Assembly (NCBI GenBank): GCA_963663995.1
Contig: OY760660.1
Span: 930,001-962,000 of the forward strand
DNA length: 32,000 bases
Reading direction: 5' to 3'
DNA from: Erysipelotrichaceae bacterium
GTDB taxonomy: Bacteria > Bacillota_I > Bacilli_A > Erysipelotrichales > Erysipelotrichaceae
The notes under the pieces are model-generated. The model searched no databases. It was not told the DNA's origin and saw only the letters and a list, made by a program, of their open reading frames with translations. The number at the start of each line of letters is the position of its first letter. Positions within the stretch are counted from its first letter, which is position 1. This document shows positions 15,096-23,393 of this stretch, in pieces. The translations under genes were made by a program, and so were the position numbers.

Positions 15096-16304
15096 CTATT
15101 TAGGAAACTTTAAAGAAACGATCGTTCCTTCATTAAGCTCACTTTCAACATTAATTTCAGCTTGATGCATATTCACATATGCCTTCACGATCGCAAGCCC
15201 TAAACCAGAGCCCCCACTCATCCGTGAGCGTGAACTATCACTTCTAAAGAAACGATCAAAGATATGACCTAAATCAGTAGCTGATATCCCAATCCCACTG
15301 TCTTTAATTTCAATAAAAGTATGCTGATGATCTTCAGATACTTTTATATTGATTTCACCTTTAAAGGTATATTTAGAGGCATTACTAATAAGATTCGTTA
15401 AAATTTGATGAAACTTGTCGGGATCCACTTTAATCTTTAAATGTTTTGGACATTCAATATTTATTTGATTTTCGTTCTTTAAAATGGATGGATAAAGGGA
15501 TTGAATAGCTCCTTGAATCTGTTCATCAACCAATACAACTTGGGTATTTAAGGCCATCTTAGCATTTGCTTGTTTAGATAACTCGGTTAAGTCTTTAATA
15601 ATAATATCCATTCTTTGTGCTTCATCTTGAATATGCTTTAAAAACTCTTTGCGTGTTTCAACATCATCAAAATGTTCACGATTTAATATTTCAACCATAC
15701 CTAAAATTGAAGTAAGGGGTGTTTTAAGCTCATGTGATGCATCAGCAATAAAACGTTTTTGGACACGTTCGCCCTCTAATAATGAAGTAATATCTAAAAA
15801 CATTAATAAACAGCCGTTATAGCGTTTATTGTCATAAATTGGCACATTAATGGCTTGTACATCCAGTGCATCTAAACGCATATTTTGATGATAAGCCTCT
15901 TCTTTTAAATAAGCGAAACGGACAAAAGATTGGATCTCATCATTGATACTTTTTTGACTATAAACAAGTGGTTTACTTGGATAAAATTGATTAAAATGAC
16001 TATTGGTAATACTAAACTTTCCTTCAATATCTAATAAAGCAATTGGAAAAGGTAAATTTTGGATAATCGTTTCAAGTTGCGAAGCTTGAACTTGTGAATA
16101 TCTTTCCTGCACTTTTGAACTTGATTCTAAATCAGATAATTCATTTTCATATGCATGAATCCGCTGTTCTAGTAGTGAGTGGTAAATGTAATAATTAATA
16201 ATTGCCAAGGTTAAAATGATCAAGGCAGAAGGCACAACATTTAAAAAAGCTAGAACAATCCCTAGCCCGTTAAAAAAGATAATGCTGATTGCTTTAATCA
16301 TCAT
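15096..16304 (-). CDS. phoR: sensor histidine kinase PhoR-like
   Basis: Two N-terminal TM helices, H-box ADASHELKTPLTSI, N-box LTNLISNASKY, and G-boxes KDSGIGI and GGSGLGLAIVK. It overlaps the response regulator gene by 4 nt. Confidence 0.85.
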   Translation of the reverse strand: MMIKAISIIFFNGLGIVLAFLNVVPSALIILTLAIINYYIYHSLLEQRIHAYENELSDLESSSKVQERYSQVQASQLETIIQNLPFPIALLDIEGKFSITNSHFNQFYPSKPLVYSQKSINDEIQSFVRFAYLKEEAYHQNMRLDALDVQAINVPIYDNKRYNGCLLMFLDITSLLEGERVQKRFIADASHELKTPLTSILGMVEILNREHFDDVETRKEFLKHIQDEAQRMDIIIKDLTELSKQANAKMALNTQVVLVDEQIQGAIQSLYPSILKNENQINIECPKHLKIKVDPDKFHQILTNLISNASKYTFKGEINIKVSEDHQHTFIEIKDSGIGISATDLGHIFDRFFRSDSSRSRMSGGSGLGLAIVKAYVNMHQAEINVESELNEGTIVSLKFPK

Positions 16305-16984
16305 TCTGTGACCTCACATCGATAACCAACGCCACGCAAAGAAACAATCTCAAGTTGTGAATCAATTAATTTTGAACGTAACTTTGAAATATGAACATCA
16401 ACAATACGCGTATCACCATCATAATCAAAACCCCATAAATCATTCAAAATTTGATCACGGGATAATACATTTCCTTTTTCTTTTCCTAATAAGCACAATA
16501 AATCAAATTCAACCTTTGTTAAGAAAACGACTTCTTGATCAATTTTAACTTCACGTCTAATTGGATGAATCGATACATTCCCGAGTTGAAGCATGCTATT
16601 TTGATTATTTTGCAATCTTGATAAATGCGTCTTTAAGCGCACTAATAGTTCACGAGATGAGAAAGGCTTACTTAAATAATCATCGACACCTGCTTCAAAT
16701 GCTTCGATTAAATCCTCTTCTTCTGATTTAGCCGTCAACATAATCACCAGATGACTATCACCTTTTTCTCTAAGTTTCTTTACAAAATTCAAACCATCAA
16801 GGACTGGCATCATCCAATCAACGATATAAGCATCAAAATCTTGGTTAAGGCTTGCCTCATATGCTTCCTGACCATTTTCAAAACTATGTACTTCATAATT
16901 GGCCGACTTTAAATCATACGCCACTAAGCGTCTAATATTACTTTCATCATCGACTAAACAGATTTGTTGTTTCTTATCACTCAT
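16301..16984 (-). CDS. phoP: OmpR-family response regulator PhoP-like
   Basis: The receiver domain shows CLVDDE, the phospho-acceptor context YIVDWMMP, and LTAKSEE. The C-terminal winged helix has LTKVEFDLLCLL and LRGVGYR. Confidence 0.88.
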   Translation of the reverse strand: MSDKKQQICLVDDESNIRRLVAYDLKSANYEVHSFENGQEAYEASLNQDFDAYIVDWMMPVLDGLNFVKKLREKGDSHLVIMLTAKSEEEDLIEAFEAGVDDYLSKPFSSRELLVRLKTHLSRLQNNQNSMLQLGNVSIHPIRREVKIDQEVVFLTKVEFDLLCLLGKEKGNVLSRDQILNDLWGFDYDGDTRIVDVHISKLRSKLIDSQLEIVSLRGVGYRCEVTE

Positions 16985-16996
16985 ATCTATAAGTAT

Positions 16997-17034
16997 ATAT
17001 TACACCAAGTCGGGAATTGTTTAAGGAATGTAAA
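16997..17034 (-). promoter_or_regulatory. phoPR promoter with a Pho-box pair
   Basis: Read on the minus strand: TTTACA (17034-17029), N5, TAAACA (17023-17018), N15, TAATAT (17002-16997), N12, then ATG 16984. No SD is visible. Confidence 0.5.
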
Positions 17035-17043
17035 GAATCAAAG

Positions 17044-17658
17044 CTATGCTAACGCAACAAAAGCTCCACAATCTTGAGTACTTTCTAACCAAAGTTTCAA
17101 ATCAATCTCAATCTTCTTCCCTTGGTCTAAGATAAGAGCTTTACAACTCTTCTCATCATATTCAATTTGCGTCAGGACAACCCAATGCCAGCGATCCAGT
17201 AATTTTTCTTCACCATTATGACGATTTAAAAACGCAACCAAGTGATTAGAACATAATGACTTCTCTAAGAAAGGTATTAATTCAGCAATCTTAATTCGTT
17301 TATTCTTATTCTTATCAACTAAGATATGTTCGACCTGATAGTTCAAATCATGTTCTTTAAGATAACGAGATAATCCTTTGGTAAATTTATGATAGACATG
17401 AACACCCATTATCCCTGGGGTAATGTGTTTCCACATCCCATTCATTATTTGACGAATGCTCTCTTCATGGATAGGATTATCTTCACAAATATCCTTACGA
17501 TATTCATAAAGAATTAAGTTACTGGCAGCGGTTGGACCACAACCAGAAGTCCGTTTCCATTTACTCGAATAAAAATCCTGCTGAGCAGCATAAGATATCT
17601 GATTTTCTTTATCTATAATCCTTAATTTTTCAACTGAAGTAATAGAAAGCCTTTTCAT
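17044..17658 (-). CDS. C39-like (papain-fold) cysteine peptidase domain protein, no signal peptide
   Basis: 204 aa. The candidate nucleophile context is SGCGPTAASNLILY. A downstream His lies in DRWHWVVL and an Asp in ALILDQG. The order and spacing match the Cys-His-Asp arrangement of C39-like peptidases. The call is motif-level only. Confidence 0.5.
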   Translation of the reverse strand: MKRLSITSVEKLRIIDKENQISYAAQQDFYSSKWKRTSGCGPTAASNLILYEYRKDICEDNPIHEESIRQIMNGMWKHITPGIMGVHVYHKFTKGLSRYLKEHDLNYQVEHILVDKNKNKRIKIAELIPFLEKSLCSNHLVAFLNRHNGEEKLLDRWHWVVLTQIEYDEKSCKALILDQGKKIEIDLKLWLESTQDCGAFVALA

Positions 17659-17691
17659 ATGCCTATTTTAGCATTTTCACAGTCAATGTCT

Positions 17692-17719
17692 TTGTGAATG
17701 CTCATTGTATCGTTATAAT
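17692..17719 (+). promoter_or_regulatory. sigma-A-like promoter of the nitroreductase/pentapeptide operon
   Basis: TTGTGA (17692-17697), a 16-nt spacer, then TATAAT (17714-17719). SD AAGGAG precedes the ATG at 17743. Confidence 0.6.
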
Positions 17720-17742
17720 AATAAGGACGACAAGGAGTTACT

Positions 17743-18492
17743 ATGACTACAAATATGGAAAAACTAAAAACAAGTCTCGAACACAAGACCATTCGAGCAT
17801 TCAAAAATGAAGCATTAAAAGATGAGGAGGTTCAAGCTTTAATTAATGTAGCCCAAAGAACGGCGACCTCTTCAGGTCAACAAGCAGCCTCCATTATTAG
17901 AGTTACTGATCCGGTAAAGAAATTGGCGATTTCGAAAATATGTAATCAAACTTATGTAGCTGAAGCTGCTGAATTATGGATTTTCTTAGCTGATACTAAA
18001 CGCAATAATGATATTGCCTTAGATAAAGGTAATCAAACAACTAATGCTGATTACTTCTATAAATTTATTCCTGCTTTTACCGATGCGATACTAATGTCAC
18101 AAAATGTAGTCAATGCGGCTGAAAACTTAGGAATTGGTACAGTTTATCTAGGTAGTATTCATAACGATATTCCACAACTCATTGAAATTATGGAACTTCC
18201 ACAACTTACCTTCCCTGCATTAGGCTTAGCTTTTGGTTATCCTAACCAAGAACCTCAACTAAAACCACGTATGGACATGAGCTTCAGACTATTTGAAAAC
18301 ACTTACCGTAAAGAAGCTTTCAAGGTTGAAGAATTTGCGGCATATGATCAAGAAATGCAAACTTACTATGATTTACGTAATGCAAATCAACGTCTTGATT
18401 GTTTCACTGATCAAATTGCGAAAGGTTTTAAAAATCCTTCATCACGTTCCAATTTCTTAGAAGAAATACAAAAACAAGGTTTTAAGAAATAG
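17743..18492 (+). CDS. NfsA/NfrA-type oxygen-insensitive NADPH nitroreductase
   Basis: 249 aa. The N-terminal motif HKTIRAFKNEALKDEEVQALINVAQRTATSSGQQAASIIRVTDP parallels the NfsA family. The size and the C-terminal extension also fit. Confidence 0.8.
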   Translation: MTTNMEKLKTSLEHKTIRAFKNEALKDEEVQALINVAQRTATSSGQQAASIIRVTDPVKKLAISKICNQTYVAEAAELWIFLADTKRNNDIALDKGNQTTNADYFYKFIPAFTDAILMSQNVVNAAENLGIGTVYLGSIHNDIPQLIEIMELPQLTFPALGLAFGYPNQEPQLKPRMDMSFRLFENTYRKEAFKVEEFAAYDQEMQTYYDLRNANQRLDCFTDQIAKGFKNPSSRSNFLEEIQKQGFKK

Positions 18493-18494
18493 CA

Positions 18495-19115
18495 ATGGCT
18501 AAAGCTAAAGACCCCTATCAAGTAAAAATAAATAATCAATTAATCCCTTATAGTGAATCAAACGAAACGAAGGCTTTTGGAATACATTTTAAAGATTTAA
18601 AATGTTCAAACTTAAACTTCCATGAATTTGATGGCTCACTTTTTGAAAACGTAAGCTTCGATCAATCCATCGAAGCTTTATCTTTTGTGGATTGTATTTT
18701 TAATCATTGTGATTTCTCAAGTATAAAATTAAAATCAGCCTATTTTTTACGTTGTGAGTTTAATGCCTGCAAAGCTTTAGGTTCAAACTTTTCTAAATCA
18801 AAATTTTCTTATACAAGCATTAAAGATTCTATGTTTTCAATGGCTGATTTCTCAGAATGTATTTGTGATCATCTTAGATTACAAAACTCTGATTACTCGC
18901 AGTCGAGTTTTGTCTATTGTAAGTTTGATGGATTCATCACTGAAAACATCAATTTTACGAGTACTGATTTTACCGCTACATCGCTTGAAAACTGCGACTT
19001 TTCAAGTTGCGAATTACACGGTGCATCAGTCACAACCGTCTTAATTAAAGGCTTAACAATTAATGAGCAGCAAGCAGTTGCTTTCACTAAACTTTTTGGC
19101 TTAAAAATTAGTTAA
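18495..19115 (+). CDS. pentapeptide-repeat protein, Qnr/MfpA-like size and layout
   Basis: 206 aa. It is almost entirely A(D/N)LXX-type pentapeptide repeats (CSNLNFHEFDGSLFENVSFDQS...CDFSSCELHGASV). A C-terminal helix (INEQQAVAFTKLFGLKI) resembles the dimerisation helix of Qnr-like proteins. The gene starts 2 nt after the nitroreductase stop. Confidence 0.75.
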   Translation: MAKAKDPYQVKINNQLIPYSESNETKAFGIHFKDLKCSNLNFHEFDGSLFENVSFDQSIEALSFVDCIFNHCDFSSIKLKSAYFLRCEFNACKALGSNFSKSKFSYTSIKDSMFSMADFSECICDHLRLQNSDYSQSSFVYCKFDGFITENINFTSTDFTATSLENCDFSSCELHGASVTTVLIKGLTINEQQAVAFTKLFGLKIS

Positions 19116-20119
19116 GCTAATTCTTGGTAGTGAAGTGCCATCCACTTCACATTTTCTGTATCACGTGATAAATCTCCACTCAGTGTTTTTGGTATTTCTA
19201 TTTCTAATACTTCAGGAATACTGTTTTTACTATAATCAATGCTCTCAAAACCTTCGATAATTCTTTTTATAACTAAAATATGATCATGATTGGCTTTGTT
19301 TTCACCAATCTCCCAGCGATATAAACCATCATAAACAAGATGAAGGATATTCTTTAAAGCAACTAATCGTTGTATTTGGTGTTTAAGTACTATGCGTTCT
19401 AGATCACTTACTTTCTTTTCTTTTTCAACCATCAATGCTTCTAAATCTGCTTTAACCATTTCAATATCATTGAAAGCATTAGCTAAACAGGAAGATTGAC
19501 CTTGAATGGCCACTCTTTTTTCATAGAATTCGATGGCTATTTTTAAAGCTGCTGTTACTTGACGTTTTACAAACTCCAAACGTTTATCTGACATTCTTTG
19601 ATAGAACAGTTTTGAATAAACCACATTAAATATCATCGCAATAAGAATCCCAATCGCTAAGGAACTTAAACGAATGGCAAGAGTTAAGAAAACATCTGGT
19701 TGACCTAAACTGTTGACTCTTAATAATTGCGTCATATAGATACTTGTAAACAAGGCTGATGGTGAAACCATACGATAATCGATAATTAAAGAGATATAGA
19801 TGGTCATCCCTATTCCTAAAGCTAGGGTAAGTGCCGTTATTTGATAATTCATGACAATGATCAAACAACCAGTTATAAAGCCACCTAAAGCAGATGTAAT
19901 CATTTGATCTTTAGCAGATCTAAACCCTCTTCGATTAACGGCTTCTAATGAATACATGACTCCAAGTAATAATGAGATGCTATCTAAATATTGTAGCGGG
20001 ATCAATTTACCAACTAAAAAAGCAAGAGCTAGGGCAGGCATTGATTTAAAAATATATAACCATGAATCCATTAATAATGCTTCTTGTGGTAATTTAATTT
20101 GTTTTAAAAGTTTTGACAT
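19112..20119 (-). CDS. FUSC/aromatic-acid-exporter-like membrane protein
   Basis: It has an N-terminal TM bundle of about 170 aa with an ArAE-like pattern (RRGFRSAKDQMITSALGGFITG), then a long helical cytoplasmic domain. The ORF-track GTG start at 20155 lies inside the upstream terminator stem, so I use ATG 20119 (MSKLLKQIK). Confidence 0.5.
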   Translation of the reverse strand: MSKLLKQIKLPQEALLMDSWLYIFKSMPALALAFLVGKLIPLQYLDSISLLLGVMYSLEAVNRRGFRSAKDQMITSALGGFITGCLIIVMNYQITALTLALGIGMTIYISLIIDYRMVSPSALFTSIYMTQLLRVNSLGQPDVFLTLAIRLSSLAIGILIAMIFNVVYSKLFYQRMSDKRLEFVKRQVTAALKIAIEFYEKRVAIQGQSSCLANAFNDIEMVKADLEALMVEKEKKVSDLERIVLKHQIQRLVALKNILHLVYDGLYRWEIGENKANHDHILVIKRIIEGFESIDYSKNSIPEVLEIEIPKTLSGDLSRDTENVKWMALHYQELA

Positions 20120-20134
20120 ATCCTTATTATAAAG

Positions 20135-20158
20135 AAAAAGCGTGGATACCTCCACGCT
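20135..20158 (-). terminator. intrinsic terminator after the transketolase genes
   Basis: Read on the minus strand: AGCGTGGA (20158-20151), a GGTA loop, TCCACGCT (20146-20139), then TTTTT. The 8-bp stem is GC-rich. Confidence 0.85.
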
Positions 20159-21087
20159 TACTTTGTGTGTTTCAAGACTTTCTCAACAATTGAATCAGCG
20201 GATAGACCATATTTCTTCACTAAAGCATCTGGTGTTCCACTTTCTCCAAAAGTATCTTCTATCGCTACCATATCCATTAAAGTTGGATAATTCTTAGATA
20301 GAACTTCTGCGACTGCTGAACCTAAACCACCAAACTTAGAGTGTTCTTCACAGGTAATCACAACTTTAGATTGTTTTGCGTATTTGATGATCAGTTCTTC
20401 ATCTAATGGTTTAATGGTCGCAATATTAATGACCGTGATTTCAATACCTTTTTCAGCTAAGACTTCTGCTGCCTTAAGCGCTTCTTGAACCATCATCCCT
20501 GTCGCAACTAAAGTGATGTCTTTGCCTTCACGCATCACATGTCCTTTACCTATTTCAAATTTATATGTTTTATCACAAACTGTTTCAACATTAGATCGAC
20601 CTAGTCGGACATAGAAGGGTCCTTGTACTTTTGAAATCGCTCTGATTACTTGTTCAGTCTCAATTTCATCACACGGTTGGATAACTGTCATACCAGGAAT
20701 AGATCTCATTAAGGCAATATCTTCTATACTTTGATGTGATGCCCCATCTTCGCCTAGTGTAATCCCTGCATGAGTCGCACAGATCTTCACATTAAGGTGG
20801 GTATAACCAATCGAGTTTCTTACTTGTTCATACGCTCTGCCTGCCGCAAACATGGCGAAGGTAGAAGCAAATACAGTATTCCCACAAGTCGCTAGACCTG
20901 CCGCAATCCCCATTAGGTTTCCTTCTGCAATCCCAACATTAAAGTGACGCTCAGGACAAACTGCTTGCGCATCAGCTGTTTTAGTGGACTTCGATAAATC
21001 TGCATCTAAGACAACTATCTTTTCATCTTCAAGAATTAATTTCGCTAAGGTTTTCCCATAAGCGACTCGAGTTGCTTGTTTAGCCAT
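20158..21087 (-). CDS. tkt: transketolase, C-terminal (pyrimidine-binding) subunit
   Basis: 309 aa. Motifs: ADLSKSTKT, RHFNVGIAEGNLMGIAAGLA, GASHQSIEDIALMRSIPGM. It follows the N-terminal subunit gene by 9 nt. Confidence 0.92.
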   Translation of the reverse strand: MAKQATRVAYGKTLAKLILEDEKIVVLDADLSKSTKTADAQAVCPERHFNVGIAEGNLMGIAAGLATCGNTVFASTFAMFAAGRAYEQVRNSIGYTHLNVKICATHAGITLGEDGASHQSIEDIALMRSIPGMTVIQPCDEIETEQVIRAISKVQGPFYVRLGRSNVETVCDKTYKFEIGKGHVMREGKDITLVATGMMVQEALKAAEVLAEKGIEITVINIATIKPLDEELIIKYAKQSKVVITCEEHSKFGGLGSAVAEVLSKNYPTLMDMVAIEDTFGESGTPDALVKKYGLSADSIVEKVLKHTK

Positions 21088-21096
21088 ATCTTTTAC

Positions 21097-21912
21097 CTAG
21101 TCCTCCAATTCTTTCATCGCCATAGTAAACTGTTCATCATTAGGCGCAACCCCATGCCATGCATAGTTGTTTTCCATAAACGAGACCCCTTTACCTTTAA
21201 CTGTTTTAGCCAAGATCATGGTAGGTTTTCCTTTAATACTACGTGCTTCTTTTAGAGCGGATTGAATTTGATCATAGTCATGACCATCTATCTCAATCAC
21301 ATGCCAATTAAAGGCTTCCCATTTTTCTTTAAAGGGGAATGGATTCATGACTTTTGTGACATCTCCATCAATTTGTAGTCCATTAACATCTAAGAAAGCA
21401 CATAGATTATCTAATTTATAATGAGCTGCACTCATCGCTGCTTCCCAGATCATGCCTTCTTGAGATTCTCCATCACCCACTAAGGCGTACGTTCTAAAGT
21501 CATTATTATGAATCTTATTATTGAGGGCCATACCGACGGCAGCTGATAAACCTTGACCAAGTGATCCTGTACTCATATCTACACCCTTAACATAATTCAT
21601 ATTGGGATGTCCTTGTAGTTTTGAGTTAATCAGTCTAAAAGTCATTAGATCTTCTTGGCTTAGAAAACCTTTTTCTTTTAAGATCGCATAGAGCAAGGCA
21701 GATGCATGACCTTTTGAGAGAACGAATTTATCTCTTTCTGGGTCTAGTACATTTGCTTGCGTAATATTCATTTCATTGAAGTAGAGTTCCATCAGGATTT
21801 CCACTCCACTCAGTGCACCGCCAATGTGTCCACTTTTGGCATTATAGACTTGCTTAATAATGTTTCGACGGACTTCTTTTGCGATGACTGTCATTTCTTG
21901 ATTGCTTAACAT
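21097..21912 (-). CDS. tkt: transketolase, N-terminal (TPP-binding) subunit
   Basis: 271 aa. Motifs: SGHIGGALS, SKGHASALLYA and the TPP motif GDGESQEGMIWEA. SD AAGGAG is upstream. Confidence 0.92.
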   Translation of the reverse strand: MLSNQEMTVIAKEVRRNIIKQVYNAKSGHIGGALSGVEILMELYFNEMNITQANVLDPERDKFVLSKGHASALLYAILKEKGFLSQEDLMTFRLINSKLQGHPNMNYVKGVDMSTGSLGQGLSAAVGMALNNKIHNNDFRTYALVGDGESQEGMIWEAAMSAAHYKLDNLCAFLDVNGLQIDGDVTKVMNPFPFKEKWEAFNWHVIEIDGHDYDQIQSALKEARSIKGKPTMILAKTVKGKGVSFMENNYAWHGVAPNDEQFTMAMKELED

Positions 21913-21968
21913 ATGAGCTCCTTTTAGTTCATTAACAATTGTATCTTATCTTTCACAAAGTTTCACTC

Positions 21969-21997
21969 TTTATACTGTATTTTCACAATTGTGATAA
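21969..21997 (-). promoter_or_regulatory. transketolase promoter overlapped by a 12-bp perfect palindrome
   Basis: Read on the minus strand: TTATCA (21997-21992), a 17-nt spacer, then TATAAA (21974-21969). The palindrome TCACAATTGTGA (21983-21994) covers the -35/spacer junction. Confidence 0.5.
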
Positions 21998-22099
21998 GTA
22001 TTTTAATCCTTTCCAATAAAAATATGAGCGTTTTTGAGTGAAATCTAAATGAAATCAATCAATAATGCGCATTATTTTAAATAATTTGCGTGTTTTTGC

Positions 22100-22127
22100 T
22101 TGATTTTTATGAATTATCACCTATAAT
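22100..22127 (+). promoter_or_regulatory. sigma-A-like promoter of the fructose PTS operon
   Basis: TTGATT (22100-22105), a 16-nt spacer, then TATAAT (22122-22127). SD AAGGAG precedes the ATG at 22168. Confidence 0.65.
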
Positions 22128-22167
22128 GGTCTTATATCGCTCAAAAACAAGCATATAAGGAGACCAT

Positions 22168-22614
22168 ATGTTCGATAAAAAATCTATTATCCTCAACTGT
22201 GTAGAAACAGATAAAGTAAAAATTGTTAATTTCTTAGCTGAAAAAGCATTAGAAGCAGGATATATCACTGAAGTAGAACCATATGTTCATGCTGTTCTTG
22301 AACGTGAAAAAGAATATTCAACTGGTGTTGGCTTCAATATTGCGATTCCTCATGGAAAAGCAGAGCCTGTAAAAGAAGCCTTCGTCATGTTTACACGTGT
22401 TAATAATGTTGATTGGCAATCACTCGATGGTGAACCTGTTGATCTTGTTTTCCAAATTGGTGTACCTGCTACTGATGCAGGTGATCAACATTTAAGAATT
22501 TTAGCTCAATTATCTAGAAAATTAATGAATGATGACTTTAGAGAAGCTTTAAGAAAAGTTGAAACTGTTGATGAAGTTATCGCAACTTATAAAGAATATG
22601 GATTGGTGGATTAA
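22168..22614 (+). CDS. PTS fructose/mannitol-family EIIA component
   Basis: 148 aa. The phosphorylatable His lies in FNIAIPHGK. It shows a typical PTS_EIIA_2 layout. Confidence 0.88.
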   Translation: MFDKKSIILNCVETDKVKIVNFLAEKALEAGYITEVEPYVHAVLEREKEYSTGVGFNIAIPHGKAEPVKEAFVMFTRVNNVDWQSLDGEPVDLVFQIGVPATDAGDQHLRILAQLSRKLMNDDFREALRKVETVDEVIATYKEYGLVD

Positions 22615-23393
22615 TGTTAGCAGCAGAAAGAAGAAAACAAATCCTAGAACTACTCAAAGCTAATCAGATCATTACCGTGAGTGAACTATGTTCAGTTTTG
22701 GAAACATCTGAAGCAACCATACGTCGTGATCTCAGCTTACTTGAAGAAAAAGGACAGTTAGAGAGAACTCATGGTGGTGCTGTTTTTAGTGAAAACAAAC
22801 CAACTAATGAAGATCGTGTTAAATCACGTGAAGTAATGGAAACGCAAGAAAAGATTGAAATTGCTTCCCTAGCCTTTGATTTAATCGAAGAACACGACTC
22901 CATTATCTTAGATGCTGGGACTAGTACTTTAGAACTTGCTCGATTAATCGGGAAATCTAAATTACATCTCACTATTATCACTAACTCAACAATTGCTTTT
23001 GCAGAGTTAGCAGAAAATGAAAACGCAGAACTAATCATGTTAGGTGGAAAAGTTAAATCTAACACGCTGGCAACAGTTGGAACGATTGCTGAAGATATGT
23101 TAAAGCGATTCCATGTCGATAAAGTCTTCTTAGGAACTAATGGTGTGACCTTAGATACAGGCTTAAGTACGGCAGAACTGGAAGAAGCTTCCATCAAGAG
23201 AACGATGTTGTCGCAAGCAAAGAAACGCATTGTCTTAGCAGATCACTCTAAGTTCAATAAAGTGTATATGAATCAGATTGCGCCTCTTTCAATGGCTGAT
23301 ATTTTGATTACTGATGCCCAAAGTGATGATGAACTCCTCAATGCGATCATCAAAGATTATGAAATCGAAGTATTAAAAGGATTTAGTCTATGA
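22614..23393 (+). CDS. fruR: DeoR-family transcriptional repressor (FruR-like)
   Basis: The N-terminal wHTH is RRKQILELLKANQIITVSELCSVLETSEATIRRDLSLLEEKG. The C-terminal domain is a DeoR-type sugar-phosphate sensor. The start overlaps the EIIA stop at a TAATG junction. Confidence 0.88.
   Translation: MLAAERRKQILELLKANQIITVSELCSVLETSEATIRRDLSLLEEKGQLERTHGGAVFSENKPTNEDRVKSREVMETQEKIEIASLAFDLIEEHDSIILDAGTSTLELARLIGKSKLHLTIITNSTIAFAELAENENAELIMLGGKVKSNTLATVGTIAEDMLKRFHVDKVFLGTNGVTLDTGLSTAELEEASIKRTMLSQAKKRIVLADHSKFNKVYMNQIAPLSMADILITDAQSDDELLNAIIKDYEIEVLKGFSL

Noticed and set aside
21913-22167. A catabolite-responsive element (cre) in the transketolase/fructose divergent spacer.
   Set aside because: No sequence has the central CG and the TG...CA arms of the cre consensus. 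Only the TCACAATTGTGA palindrome and the GTTTTTG motifs stand out, and I report those separately.
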